This document shows positions 25,736 through 38,393 of a DNA stretch of 64,000 nt, piece by piece. The stretch comes from Takakia lepidozioides. Its lineage: Eukaryota > Plantae > Bryophyta. A program made the translations under genes and the position numbers. Every line of letters starts with the position of its first letter. The stretch's first letter is position 1. The notes beneath the pieces were generated by a model. The model was not told where the DNA came from. It ran no database searches and saw nothing but the letters and a program-made list of their open reading frames with translations. The stretch covers positions 31,806,001-31,870,000 of the forward strand of contig CM060732.1 of NCBI GenBank assembly GCA_030704615.1, read 5' to 3'.

Positions 25736-28700
25736 CAATTTAAGGGGGTACATTTAAATTTAGGTGGGAAAATTTGAATTTGAAATTTGAAGTGATGTCA
25801 GCTCTTCCTGCTGCTGTAATTAAGGGCCTGATGAGGCATACTGTGGGCAGTTGTCATTCTAGTGCCAAATCCTGGTGTGATGGTGGCTTTGTCTTCTTTC
25901 AATTTTAAATCAACTTGTAGCACCTGATTTAATTGTCAGTAAATGCATTTTTCAGATATAGAGTGAGTGGTTATCCAACGTTGAAGTTTGCGGCCAGTTT
26001 GAACACTGTTGCTGCCCAAGTGAGTCTTGAAAACTCTCACATTTTCACCAATAGTGTATACAGAAGTGTTGCTACAGAGTCATGAAACTTGAATGCCCAC
26101 GAACTGGGTTTACTTACTGAGGTTTGGGCTCGGGGGTTGTTAGAGGGCTGTCTGGGACTTGGACAGTTTTATGGGTTCTGTGGGGTACCCTTAATTTTTG
26201 TGCAGACTTGGGGATGGTAGATTTAGACCAACACAGGCCTTAGGGGAAGTAGACAGGCTTGCACAGTTAGACACAGCTTCACACAGCTTGTCACAGTCGG
26301 ATACAGCCTGACACAGCTTGTCAATAGACACTTTTCGATGTACTCCACCACAAACTATCTAATCATTTCTGGCACACTAAAGTGGCATCTGACGCACAAA
26401 TCCGACAAACACTTAAATTCAGATACGTTCAGTACATGGGACATCAGCGTAATCACACCTTCTGGCCAACCATATACCCATCGCCACACTGCCCTCTTTG
26501 CTCCAACATATCGCTAGACACAACCATGTAGTATGACATATATATAAACTTTTACTGCGACGTAATGAAACCATATGGTTCTCATTCATCAATGCTGGCA
26601 CCTACCAAGGTCGCCCCTCAGAAGAAGAGGGAAAATCTTCCTCTCCCAATGCCCCTCATTCACCGAGTGCTTGAGTTCAAGTTATTTTCTAATTGAAGGG
26701 CCAACACTTCCTACCCCAGTGCCTAAATACTTTGTCTTAGCAAAGGAGTGGCCAAAATTCCTATCATAATCCAATAAGTTCACCAAGTTCAATAAGGTGG
26801 TTCTAAGCCCTTCAAATCAATAAGTTCAATCAGTGTGATCAACGCCATTCACGCTATAACGTGCATCATGTGCATGTATCCTATTTAAATAATTTCGCAA
26901 ATCAGAAATACTGGAAAATAAAAGAAATTAAGAAAATCATGAAAAATACCTTCCATATGGGAAATCACGTGGGGAATCCAAAGATCCCCTTGGCGCCTAA
27001 AGATGCCCTTTGGGAACCCCGTGGGAACCTAATGAGAACCGAGGAACACCCGAGAACCGTTCCCTGCCGCGGGGAACTGCCGCGGCCCTATCGGATGAAT
27101 GAATCTCGCTGAGAGCTCATCCCTGCCACTACGTTCGTTAGACCGAAATATGCATGCGTAAATAATAAAATAACCACTGGTGGATCCAATCCAGATTTCA
27201 CCCCCTTACTTTATTTTAAGGCGCTGATGCGCTTTCTCTCCGTGGAACAAGTCATCCTCTACCTTGGGCTCTGACATAAAGGCGCACTGTAGCCGAGTTT
27301 TTAGGACAGAGTACTTTCTCTCCTCCCTTGTCTCTTGAGGTCTCCGCCTTTAGCTCACTGCTCATAGACCCGCTTGGCTCTCTCTTGGAGTCCTAAGAAC
27401 ATTCTCCTCCAAAGCTACGTTCTCCCAAAATCCTAGATTTTATCTACCACTGGCGCCTTAGATAATGGCTCCTAACCCTTAGATGGGTATAAATTGAATC
27501 TAATAGCTAAATGTAAGAATACCTCCCTTTAAGGGAATTTGCAAACACGTTGTCCGCTGGGTAAAATGTCCCCGCCACGTGGCGGAGCGCAGATCCGCGC
27601 GTAACGGTCCAAGCCGTGGACCGCTGCGGTTAACGCCGGCGTCCGCCGGTCCGTCTCAGCTTTTGGTTATCCTGCGGGTAAAGACCCGCCCTCTGCTCGC
27701 ACGCTTCAGGGCCTCACGCCTAAGCCACGCGGCTGATGTACTTGATCTCATTACGACTTAAGGTCAGCGTTGGGGCCCCGCACGTCGTGGCTGGGCCACG
27801 GCTACCGCAACGCTTTTAGTAATCGAGTGCCTACTCTCTAGGCAGGATACCAGACCAGAATTCATGCCAATACCAAGGGAAAGTCAACCAACATCAAACT
27901 GAAGAAGAACTTCAAGCTTTGCTTGGAAAATAAATGAATCACATATAGAAATGGTGAAATTGTAAGATGGGATCAACATTTCTATGCGAGAGTGCTTGGG
28001 ATGCTTTACCGACTCAAGTAATGGTACTCTATGAGGCCTCCACTTGGGCTCTCGTTCATAACTCCACACCAGCCCCTCCTACTCGTCCTCAAGTCACTTT
28101 CCTCCACATGAACTTGCCCTCTTCCTTCACAAATGAAATGGCTCAAAGGCCCTCCATTGAAATGGCTCAAAGGCCCACAAGCTAGGCCACTTGCCTTAGC
28201 TTACAAGAATTCTACCTAACTAGGGAGCTTCAAGCTCCACTCCTTAGGATCTAGCCCCTCCTCAAGCCAAAAACTATCAAGCCTAATGGAAAATACTCAT
28301 TAAACTATTGTTTCCTTGGAGGATCTATAATATAATATTCAACATGGATGAAAAGTCTTAGAGGCAAATGAAATCTGGCTTTTCATCCATCCATTGGATG
28401 ACCAGTTGGCGCGAGTTGTCATTTCATCCATCCAGCTCCTCAAGGCGAATTCCAGGATTTTTCATCCATCCAAGAAGTAGAAATGCAAGTAATAGGCCAT
28501 GTAAGTGTTGTTGACTCAATAATTTGGCCCCGCTGCTAATCAGCTCCATAAATCACCAAAGTTGGTGACAAACTACAATTATATACCTCGTATCAGCTTG
28601 TAAATTCTCAGCTCCATCGGTGGTAAAATGTTGCGCTTCTTGCCATTCGTCGTATTTTCGCTACACACAGATTTTGTGGTATTTTTGGAAATCAAATCCC

Positions 28701-29231
28701 TGGTGCTGGCTTTGGGGTCTTTGACCCTGCCACTGAGTCATAGGTTGTCCGGAGTCCCCTCCAGTTGTCCCGCACCGCTAACAAGTCCACGCTTTGCCAT
28801 TTGAAGTCGTCCTAACCTGCTGTCATTCCGATGCGACCAATTGTTTTGTTGCGATATTTCATCGCTGTACATTTCGCTTGCATCAATTGCCAAGCTCCTC
28901 GCCGTGTGTTCCTACTGGACTTGAAAGGCGGGAGGAAAGAGAGATCGTAATCTGAGACTGGAACAGTCGTCCTGTAATGTTTGAACATGATTACCTCGCC
29001 GTTTCTGGTACCGAATTGGCCGCCTAATCTGCTGTCGATGCAGCTTCCTACGGTCATCTTGACACCAGAGTTCTACTCCATGGTCATCGCAGACACTGTC
29101 TAATTTCATATGTGCTTTACCAACGATTTCCAGACAACTAACAAACTAACATGTTTTGGCAGTACAATGCCGAAACCGCTTGTCTTATGATCAAAACAAT
29201 CTGAAAAGAAAAGTGTACCAATATATGCATC

Positions 29232-32200
29232 TACACCGGGTGGTGGGTGCGCGAGGCCACCTCCGGACCAAGTATGTTGGGTAGCGGAACCAAGGGCTCC
29301 GAATACACAGTCTTTGGGGTGCGGGTTGTCATAAGAGGAAAGCTCAAGGGGGCATGTGAGTGGGCTAGAATAGTATGAGTGTGTAAGCTTAAATGTGGTG
29401 ATGAGAAGTTTGAGAATGTCTGGTGGGATGGTGCTATGAGTATATGCAAGTGCTAGTTTATCGAGGGTGCGGGCTTTTTTTTGGGGGGGGGGGGGGGGGG
29501 GTGTGTCGCGAAGGTACCGGTCTAAAACCAGTACGCAAAGTCTTTTTTGGCAGTTGTAATTGGGTAGTGTGAGGGGTGAAAGTGGAATATTGAGACCAGA
29601 GCCAAGCAAGTCTGATGTTGGAAATTGACCCGGCGAAACTGCTGCTGAGTGTGTATATGTTGGACATATTAGGACTAAGGCATATGATGGGGGAATCATG
29701 CGCAATGTCTTTGTTTGGGTTACATTCGGTGGTTTGTATATGCATATTTGGGGCAGCTAGGGAGGTGCGGATGTAGCGGGCGGCTATCAATTGGGTTTGG
29801 GAGGAGTGGTGGTGGTGGATGTGTGCTAGATATTTGGTGTTAGTTCGTTTGTGGAAATTGATTGGAAGATCACGGTTATGGGCGGGGTCGCAGTCCTCAG
29901 GGGCCCCAAGAGGTCTTCTTCGATTTGTCACGTGTTGTCTTCAGTAGAATAACCTGTCCATTTACAAAGGGAGAATGTATCAACACTAGTAGCGTCAAAT
30001 GCATCGAGTGAGGTTTGGGTTTTGATGCCAAGGATGGCCTCAATGATGAAGGCCTCGGGATGGTCAAAGTTGGTTGGGTGAGGGGGGGTAGCTACTAGTG
30101 GGGAGTCGAGAGGGGATGTTGGTATTGGCAGCTAGCTGCGATGTTGGGGAGAGGGGGGGCGATGTGGGTGAGGAGAAGGGAGATGAGTCCTAGCAAAATT
30201 GAGTAGTAGTGCGTTGGGAGGCTTTAAGCTATTGGAGTATTAAGGCCGTTGGGGCATAACGGAATTATGGGAGGAGAACTTGTCGGTTGTGGGGAAAAAG
30301 TGAGCAAGGGAGGTCACAATCAATGGTACAAGAGGTAATTGGGTGACAAAATAGGGAACGAAGGTGAAGCATATATCAGCGTGTTTTGATAGTACCACGG
30401 GAATGTTTCAAGGTAAATTGACACGGAGTTAGCAGTCGGTTCCCAGTGGCTGTAGTGAGCTGAGTGATATTAGTAATATGGTATGCTTTGAAGTAGGCAA
30501 GGATAAGTTTTCTTTGACGGGGGTGTGAAGTTTTGAATTGTATGAGGAATGGGCTGTTGAGCCACGCGCGTTCAAGTGGTGATACGGAGTTGGGGTAACC
30601 CGAGAGGTCAATTTGTATGCTGATTCTCATTTGGCGTAAGATGAATAGTGTGCGAGCGGTAGGGGAGTGAAGGCAGGATTGGGGGTGGAGAGATGGGAGG
30701 GAGTATAGTCCATTATATATATAGGCCAAGTGTTGAAGGAGTCCTCTAAAAATTAGCCCTAGACGTCCAAGGTCGTTGAGGGCCTCAAGGAGTTGTGAGC
30801 CAAGGGTGCGGGCATATGATGTAATCAAGGGGCTAGATCCTCTCCCATAACTATCTTGTGGAAGCTAAGTGAGAGCATTCGGGGTACTGGTAGGTAGACC
30901 ACAAATGCGTTTGGTGAGCTGAATAATGTTTTTGTCAGGTAGTCTAATGTCAGGTAAAGAGAAGGGGGCCGCATGAAATAGGTTGGATTTGTGGATTGAG
31001 GACTTTTTGGATGATAGCTAATTTGGGGCGGATGGAGATCGGAGACTTGAGTAAGACTAAGCTCATGTTGGTTAATTTGGAGAGGGTTGTGTTCTTCTGT
31101 ATATGCCACGTGAGCGAGGGAACCAATTGTATGCCTAAGTAAGTATAGGGTTCGTCCGGGCCTAAGAAGGGAAATGGTTTTTGTTGATAGTGTATGTGTA
31201 GCCTGCAGTGGGAGGCTATCGTGGATTTTGAGAACTTGCTTTGGTGTGTAGCAATGGTGACCGCGCATTTGTGTAGGCTTAGTTCCATCCCTGACCACTG
31301 GTTGAAGCGGAATAGTTTGTCAACCTGTCGGTTGAGGTGTTGAGGTTTGTGTGTGAGAATGGCTAAGTCATCCGCATAGGCTACTGCAAAGATTTCATTG
31401 GGAGAAGTTTGTACTGGTATCCGAGGTTGTCGCGAGCAAGCCACCGCAATAGAGGTTCAAGAAAAATAATAAATAGATATGGGTTCAGTGTGTCACCTTG
31501 AATGGTGCCATGCAATATGGGGATAGAGGGGGTGGAGCCGTAGTAGGAGCCAGAGTCTTCAGTGGTACTGTTAGTGTAAATATTACCAATAAGGTGAATA
31601 GAATCAATGGGGTATCCTAGATCCGTCATAATGGCCAGCAAGCGTGGGTGATCTAAAGAACCAAAGGCATTTTTGAAGTTGATATACAGGAGATAGATAT
31701 CTTGTTTCGTGAGTTTTGCGTCTTCTAGGGCAGATATGAGGTATTGTATTTGTCTGGTAGTGCTACGCGTAGCACGGAAGCCTTCTTGGGGGTCGCTCAG
31801 AATACGGTGTTGTTCACCATAGGTGGAGAGCATCGTGGTTAATGTGTTGGTAAATAGTTTGTATATGATGTTTGCGACGGCGATGGGCCTGTAGTTGTTG
31901 AGGTCTGTGGGGTCGTTTTTTTTAAAACAGTAGGATGGTCCGGCTGTGCTTCCAAGAGTGTGGGATACGATGTAATTGGTAACAGAGTCGGAAGAATTTC
32001 AAGAGAAGAGCGTGGAATTGGGAGTCTAATGCTTGTAGTATGGAATTGGGAATGAGATTTGGGCCTGGGGCCTTTGATTTGGATAGAGCTTTTAGGCAGG
32101 AGCCATACAAGTCTATTGTGAAGAGGTCAAGAATGCGATCAGAAGGGGGGCCTCGCTTATCAAGTGAGAAGCCATCAGATTATGCCATGGGTAGTGTTTG

Positions 32201-33560
32201 ACTTTATATATGCAATTAGATGTGTGATGGTTAGGATGCATATAGTTAACTACAGTAGGTGAGTAGGATGACGAGGCCTAGAGCCAAATTTCTTTGTTGA
32301 TGTCGTTGGGTTTGGTTAACAGGTGGCCTAGTCTGTGTTTGAGACAGTCAATAGGTGGGTTAATTGCAGGGTTGAAGATGGCTTTGTGGGCCTTTTTAGG
32401 GTACTCGTTTAGGAGTTGGCCAAATGAAGCGACAAATTGTTTGTGGTTATCCGTGGCTTTTTGCTTTGTGATAGCATCCCAATCGAATTTGGAGAGGGAG
32501 GCGACCCACTGAAGAAGGTGGGATGGATCCACCGGTGGTGGCATAAGCGATTGGCATATAGGCAGCGTGTTTAGACATGTGATGCGGGGGTCAGTTTTCC
32601 AATTATTATACGATGGGGTCGAGGGGTTGGGGATGACAACAAGAGCCCGGCGTATGGTATGATAGATGTCTAGATGGGAGGTCCATTCGCGTTTTTGAGT
32701 TCGGGTAAGGTAACCTCCGTTTTATTTTGAACGGGCGGTCTGGGGGAGATCAGGGGGGGGCGGAGCATGTGGCTACTACACTTTTAGTCATTTCTTGGAT
32801 TGTAGAGGTGAGTGTAATTTCGGCTTCCATCCATGCAGCATTGGGGGATGCAAGTAGGTTAGTATCGGAGAGTATTAGGGAGATTTTGTGTATGAAGTTT
32901 GAGGAGGCGGGGTGGAAATGTTTTTTGAATGCTTTGATGTTGTGTTGGGGTATGGGTGAGAGTATACGGGGTTGAGGAGGCGGGGTGTGTATATCTCGAA
33001 TGGGTCGGAAGGGGATAAGGGATGGAGGTAGATAAGCGGATATTGGGTAATGGTCCGAGTTACATAAGCTGCTGATGTGTATGTGACTAAGAAGGTATGG
33101 TGGGATTTCATTGTTTAATTTGAGGTAGAAACCATCAATAAGGCTTAGGGAGGAGTAGTTGAGACCTCCCTGCCTGGAGTAGTGGTAGTCCGCATGAATG
33201 TATTTGAGTTGTAGAAGCTGTATGAATTTGGCCCATTCGTGGTCTGCTGATGATGGAGGTTGGTGGGTTCCGTTGTATGAGTGGCCTAGCATAGCAATGT
33301 CTTTGTTAAAGTCTCCTGCTAAAATAAAGTGGTGGTGTTGGTTATCTGGATGAGTGAGAGTGTGGGAGATAATGTTCCGTATGTCGGGTATGAGAGGGAG
33401 GTCGTCGATATGTGATGGCATATACAGATGTATAAGGGTGATTGGACATAATGCTGATGGGTGTAGATGGATGATTTGAAGGTGAGACCGGAGGAGGCGA
33501 GGGACGGTTATTTTTGTGGTGGTACAGGGCGAGTAATGTGTGAAGAGAATACCGAGTGCA
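29232..33560 (-). mobile_element. Dualen/RandI-like LINE body (APE, RT, chromodomain, MTase-like fold), frameshifted
   Basis: APE motifs FILAGDFN, SLIDGFY, SDHYPI (32750-33646). RT motifs KAPGPN, QEGFR, NFKNAFGS, GTIQGDTL, AYADDL, YTYLGI (30950-32110). Same C-rich composition as the RNase H and RLE pieces at 22.6-24.6 kb. Confidence 0.8.
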
Positions 33561-33569
33561 ACTCTCACA

Positions 33570-35600
33570 CCTAGTTGTGTGTTGCCCCACATCAGCAGCT
33601 CCAGCGTCTCTGAATGTGACTTGATGCCCCTCATCGATTGCCACATAATCCTTCAAGGTTGACTGGTGTCCTGCAGTAAGAGCCCCAAGCTGTTGGGAGT
33701 CCCACATCAACTGAGTCTCTCATAGTCCTGTAAAGTAATCTGCTGCTCCACTTCAGTAGCTCCAAGATTTATCAAATTGGTTTGATGGCCAACGTCAAAT
33801 GCCCGGGACTCCAATTTAATCTGGTTCCTTATGTGAGGGAAGAGATGAGGTTTGAGCAGATCCATCGACTCAGTCTGATGACTATTTGCAACGTTAATGT
33901 CTACATCTGCCGCTAGTTCGGTGGGCATCACATGATCACCCAAAGTGGTACTTGAACCTGAGTCATCACATACGAGCTCTTGAGATGCCTTCGATCTGTT
34001 TGTCTTTTGACTTCCGCGTCAAAGATGTGCATCTTTAGGTTCGTATTCTCACTCGACAAATTTTTTTCTTGTATCTTGTAAGTTTTTCCTTGTAAGCTTT
34101 TGGACTCTTGCTGCAAACTACCAGAGGCACTTGATAGGCACACCTTGATCTTTTTGTGGATCACTTTCTCAAGTGTAAGTGGCAAATCGCCAGCCCTGTG
34201 CAAGCAGCAATCCCATGGGTTTGAGCTCCTGAGTAGCTGGGATTGCTGAGGTAAGTCGTGATGGAAGAGCTCATGAACAGTTCGCTCTTTGCTGTCATAT
34301 AGAAGGATTATAAGGGCGGGAGCATTCTCTTGTAGCATCTCATTGTTAACATCGTAGTGTTAAAATTTACCATGATAACGACAGCAGTTGAGTTGCTCGA
34401 TTCAGGACAGCCTCTGTCAGCTCTATTGCAGCTAAGCTCTTCAGCCGGTCTTGGAAAATATGCTCATGACATTCCCCAAAAATGCAATGGCAACGGATGG
34501 GAATTTTGGTTTGATTACCGAGTTCCAAAAGCCCATCACTAAAGTTAACTTGGTAGTTGATATGACCCTGTTGAGGCTCCGTCCAACCCCACTTGATTTC
34601 ATTCTCAAACATAAGCTGTGAGATTGCAAGGGGCCAGCCTTGAACGGGCAAGTGAAGCATTAGGTAGGGGCTAATAGATCTACAGATCCACAACGTAATT
34701 AAGTCATCCGTAGCCAGGCTTGGAGTGGAGTAGGAAAGCCCAAGCAGATGGGGCAGCTTTGCCCTACTGTTCATGATGGTGTATTCGAGATGGAACTTCC
34801 GCTGAGGGTCGATGACATGCATAATACATGAGAGGCTGCAAAGGGGGTTAATCATGGTGTTGAAAATGGAGCCTCTCATACCTGCAATGACTAAAACTAG
34901 CTGCAGGTCGGACAACGCTTGCTCGGGCAAGAGAGCAAGGCCAACATGATTGGTTTGGTTGTGGGAGTAGGCCGGCCAGTGGTTGCTATAGAATATGCGC
35001 AGCTCGTATGCACGACATGACTTCTTGCAGGGCAGCCAATCCCAACATGTATCGCCACTAAGAGCCTCTGTCCGTGCCTGCACACACCCAACCTGGGGCT
35101 CTACAAATCGTTCAAAATTCCAAAATCACCTTGGTGGCTTCTTCAGCAGACCAAGATCGTGGGAAGCCTTTCTTTCCTCCCTAGTCTCAAACAAGTTGTG
35201 GAGAAGAGAGCGTTTATGCTCCGCTTGGGAAGTGACAAGTCTTGTAAAGATTGCCTTGGTGCATTTAGTGCCATAATCACTATGGGAAACGGCTAGCAAA
35301 ACCATATCATGATAGAGATCGTATGCTGCATGTGAAAGTAAGAGACGTGCCGACTCAGACCGTCGTTCGCATAAGTCTTGAGGAAAAAAGCGTGAGTGCA
35401 TGTAGGTGCACCATTTTACCGCGCAAAATGTTTTTTGAGTGTTTTTGAGGCAATGAGAGCCGATTTGTACACAGACAGCGACTAAACATGACCATTTGTA
35501 TCGGAAACGGTGAAACATCGACATGGCTACTGGTATGGCCCACAAATGGAAGAGGTCTGCGACGTCCATGAAGCCAAAGCGCTCATGAGTTTATGTGATT
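33570..35600 (-). pseudogene. disrupted coding-like region of unknown family
   Basis: Chain of overlapping minus-strand ORFs (35126-35569, 34367-35083, 33928-34338, 33707-33943, 33342-33710) downstream of a ctgcag acceptor near 35610. No motif recognised. Confidence 0.35.
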
Positions 35601-36403
35601 AGGGTACCTGCAGGGAACAGCAGGGCGTGCGATTCCAGTCGACCGTTCGAATATCTAGGGGCCGATTAAAATGACTGCAGGCAACGGTTTGCTGCCTGTC
35701 ATCACCTCAACATCCGATCATTATTCAAGCAGAGGCAAGTTATGAGAGCTTGACCTCAATGACAAACTACCCACTGGAATATTCTTTGATTGCCTATTCC
35801 ATCCAAGGATTTTTGGATGTCATCCATTCTTTTTTTATAGTATTTCTAGTATAAGTAGGTTAGGATTTTGCTCAAGACTTCACTTGTGTTTTTTTGCTTG
35901 TTAGTTGCTTGAAGCTAGCTTGAGAAGCTTGCTTTATGTTTCGGCAACTAGTTTTTGTTGTGAAGTTCCTAGATTGCTTGTTGGCTTAGAGCTTAGCCTA
36001 GATGTTTTAGGCAAGCTTGGAGAAAGCATCTAGTTTGTGCTAGGGAGACTAGGGAGATCCTATGACCTAGTGTGTAAGGGCCAAGAGTCATTTTTATGTG
36101 AAAAAAGAGAACATCTTCCCCAAAAAACAAAGAGGTTTTGTCATTTGAGAGTGTGGTGAGCCCTTGAGGAGTGAAGTGGAGGTAGGAGCAACAAACCCCA
36201 TAGGAGAGGTGAGCACTACCCCTTCCCTTCAAGTTTTGGTAGCCTACTTAGCCAAGTGACCCCATTTGAGTGGAGAGATGATAGTCTTACCCCTTGTTCA
36301 TGTGTGATGCATTTTGGTGTTCTCTTGCTTGTCCATTGTTGTTGGAAGCTTATATCTAACCTTAGCTTGGTCCTAGCTACCTAAAGAGTAGTGGGAGCTG
36401 GGG

Positions 36404-36406
<3 letters not shown>

Positions 36407-36436
<30 letters not shown>
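36407..36436. repeat. (GA)n microsatellite
   Basis: Uninterrupted AG dinucleotide run. Confidence 0.9.
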
Positions 36437-36441
<5 letters not shown>

Positions 36442-38393
36442 CTCTTTAGTGGCCAAGAGGCCCAAGGAGTTGTCATTTTTATCTATGCTTTGTCTTTTGG
36501 CTTAAGAATGGAAAAATCTAACCCCTAGAGAGCTAACCATGCAGTGAGATCTCTAGGAGGGGTGTGGGTTCTCTTTGTTGTTGGCCACTAGGCTTGATGA
36601 TTCATGTGTGAAGCTAGCTAGGCATGCAAGGGAAGCTAACCCACTAATATTGGGTAGATGCTTGCATAGAGCTTAGTGGGAAACCTTCTTTTGTTTTGTT
36701 ATTTCGTTTCATTTGGCGCATGTGAGTGTAGCTTAGTGTGCACTGAGCCCTCTAGACTTGCCATTTATTTGTCTCTTTGTTAAGCATATTACCCCCCCCC
36801 CCAATAGGAGAGGAGCAAGGTGGAAGAGCTAGCAAATTTGTGATTTTTTTTCAAGTTTATTTTGTCGATGGAAATTTATTTTTCATGCATAACTAATTTA
36901 CAGATCAAAAATCAGATCTAATATGGCCTCCCTAGCTTGGTTAAGCTATGGAGGACCATAGCTAACCCGTGGGAAGGTTAGGCTAGCCCCTTTGGAGTTA
37001 GCTTGGGGTTTATTTCTTTGTTTTTTTTAGGTGCAAGCAAAAGACATGGATTCATGATGGGGTTCCCAAAAGTGAGGCGCCATAAAGGGGATACCATGGC
37101 AATAGCCATGAGTTGGCTATTGGTTTGAAGAGGGCTAAAGGCCCCGCGGAATCCGAGGCGTTGACCACCCCAGCCCCAAGCTGCTCGACAGCAGCCATGC
37201 AGGGGGGGGGGGGGGTTAGGCCGTGCTGGAGACCTAAGTGTACTCTGACTTTACCCAACGGTCCGTCGCTTTACTTGGGCGGCCGCGACCAGCGGTCCGT
37301 TGGCCCGCCCTACCACATGCTGCCATGCTGCGTTGCGACCAGCGGGTAACCAGGATGGTCCGGACCAGTGGGTAAGAAATTAAGGGGGGTCTTAGCTAGG
37401 AAAATACTTTTTGAATGTTCTTGCCTTGTTCGATTGAGGGAGTGTTGAGATGTTGCCGGCTAGGTTGGGAATTTGAATGGAAGTTGAAGGTCTTGCAGGC
37501 CTTCGTTTTGGTATGTCATAGGTGGTCAGTTCGGAAATCGGCCGCTCGGCTCACACCCAGACACGTTGCTCACGAAAAGCGGACGATAAGTACAAAGCTT
37601 TTGGGAGGGGTAGAAAAGGGTTTAAAGTGGGAAAGGGAGTCATTTCCGGTTGCACCCAGCCTTAAAATGCACGTAGATAAGGTGGAGGAACCAAGAGGGG
37701 ACCCACCAAAATATTTTATTCATATGTGAGGAGCGTTTTTTTGAGGAATGTGGAATAGTGGATGGTTAGGAATGGATGGATGAGGGGCGGATGAGATAAG
37801 CAGTATTTCATCTGCAGAATGGATGTAAGACGGATGAAGGCAAGATGATAGATGCAATTTTTCATCCATTGCAGGGATGAACGATGGATGATCTGTGGAT
37901 GATAAATGCAATTTTTCATCCAGTATTTTAACAAAGTTATTTTAGCTCTAGGGGGGTTTGAACCTGAGATCTAGAGGCTAGGGGCTATGTTTTAAGGGCT
38001 TAGGGGGTTGTTTGGGCCAATTCCCTATGGTTCCACATCTTGATAATGGTTTTGGGGCAATGAGAGGGGAATTATCTAGAGGCCAAGCCATGGATCATTG
38101 GAAAGCTTACCTGCCTTATGCCTATTTTTCTAGAATTAGTGAATTTTCAGCCTTAGTAATTAATTTTGAAGTGGGTTTTCTGTTTAGAAAATTACCAGAA
38201 AATAGGAATAGAGGTAAATAAATCTAACCTTTTTATCTCTATTTCCAAATTATCATAGCTTTCCTAGGATTGTATTTTTTCTATTTTTCTTATCAATATC
38301 TAGTGCTAGAAAATAGCCAAGGGCCCTAGCAACTAACGAAAAAATGGGATATTGTCTAGGTAAAGAGCTTTTCGGCTAGGCTAGGGTGTAGCT

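Noticed and set aside
35770-38390. Possible solo LTR or LTR-like region (also ~26700-28500)
   Set aside because: Composition looks repeat-derived, but I could not find TG...CA ends, a TSD or a second copy.
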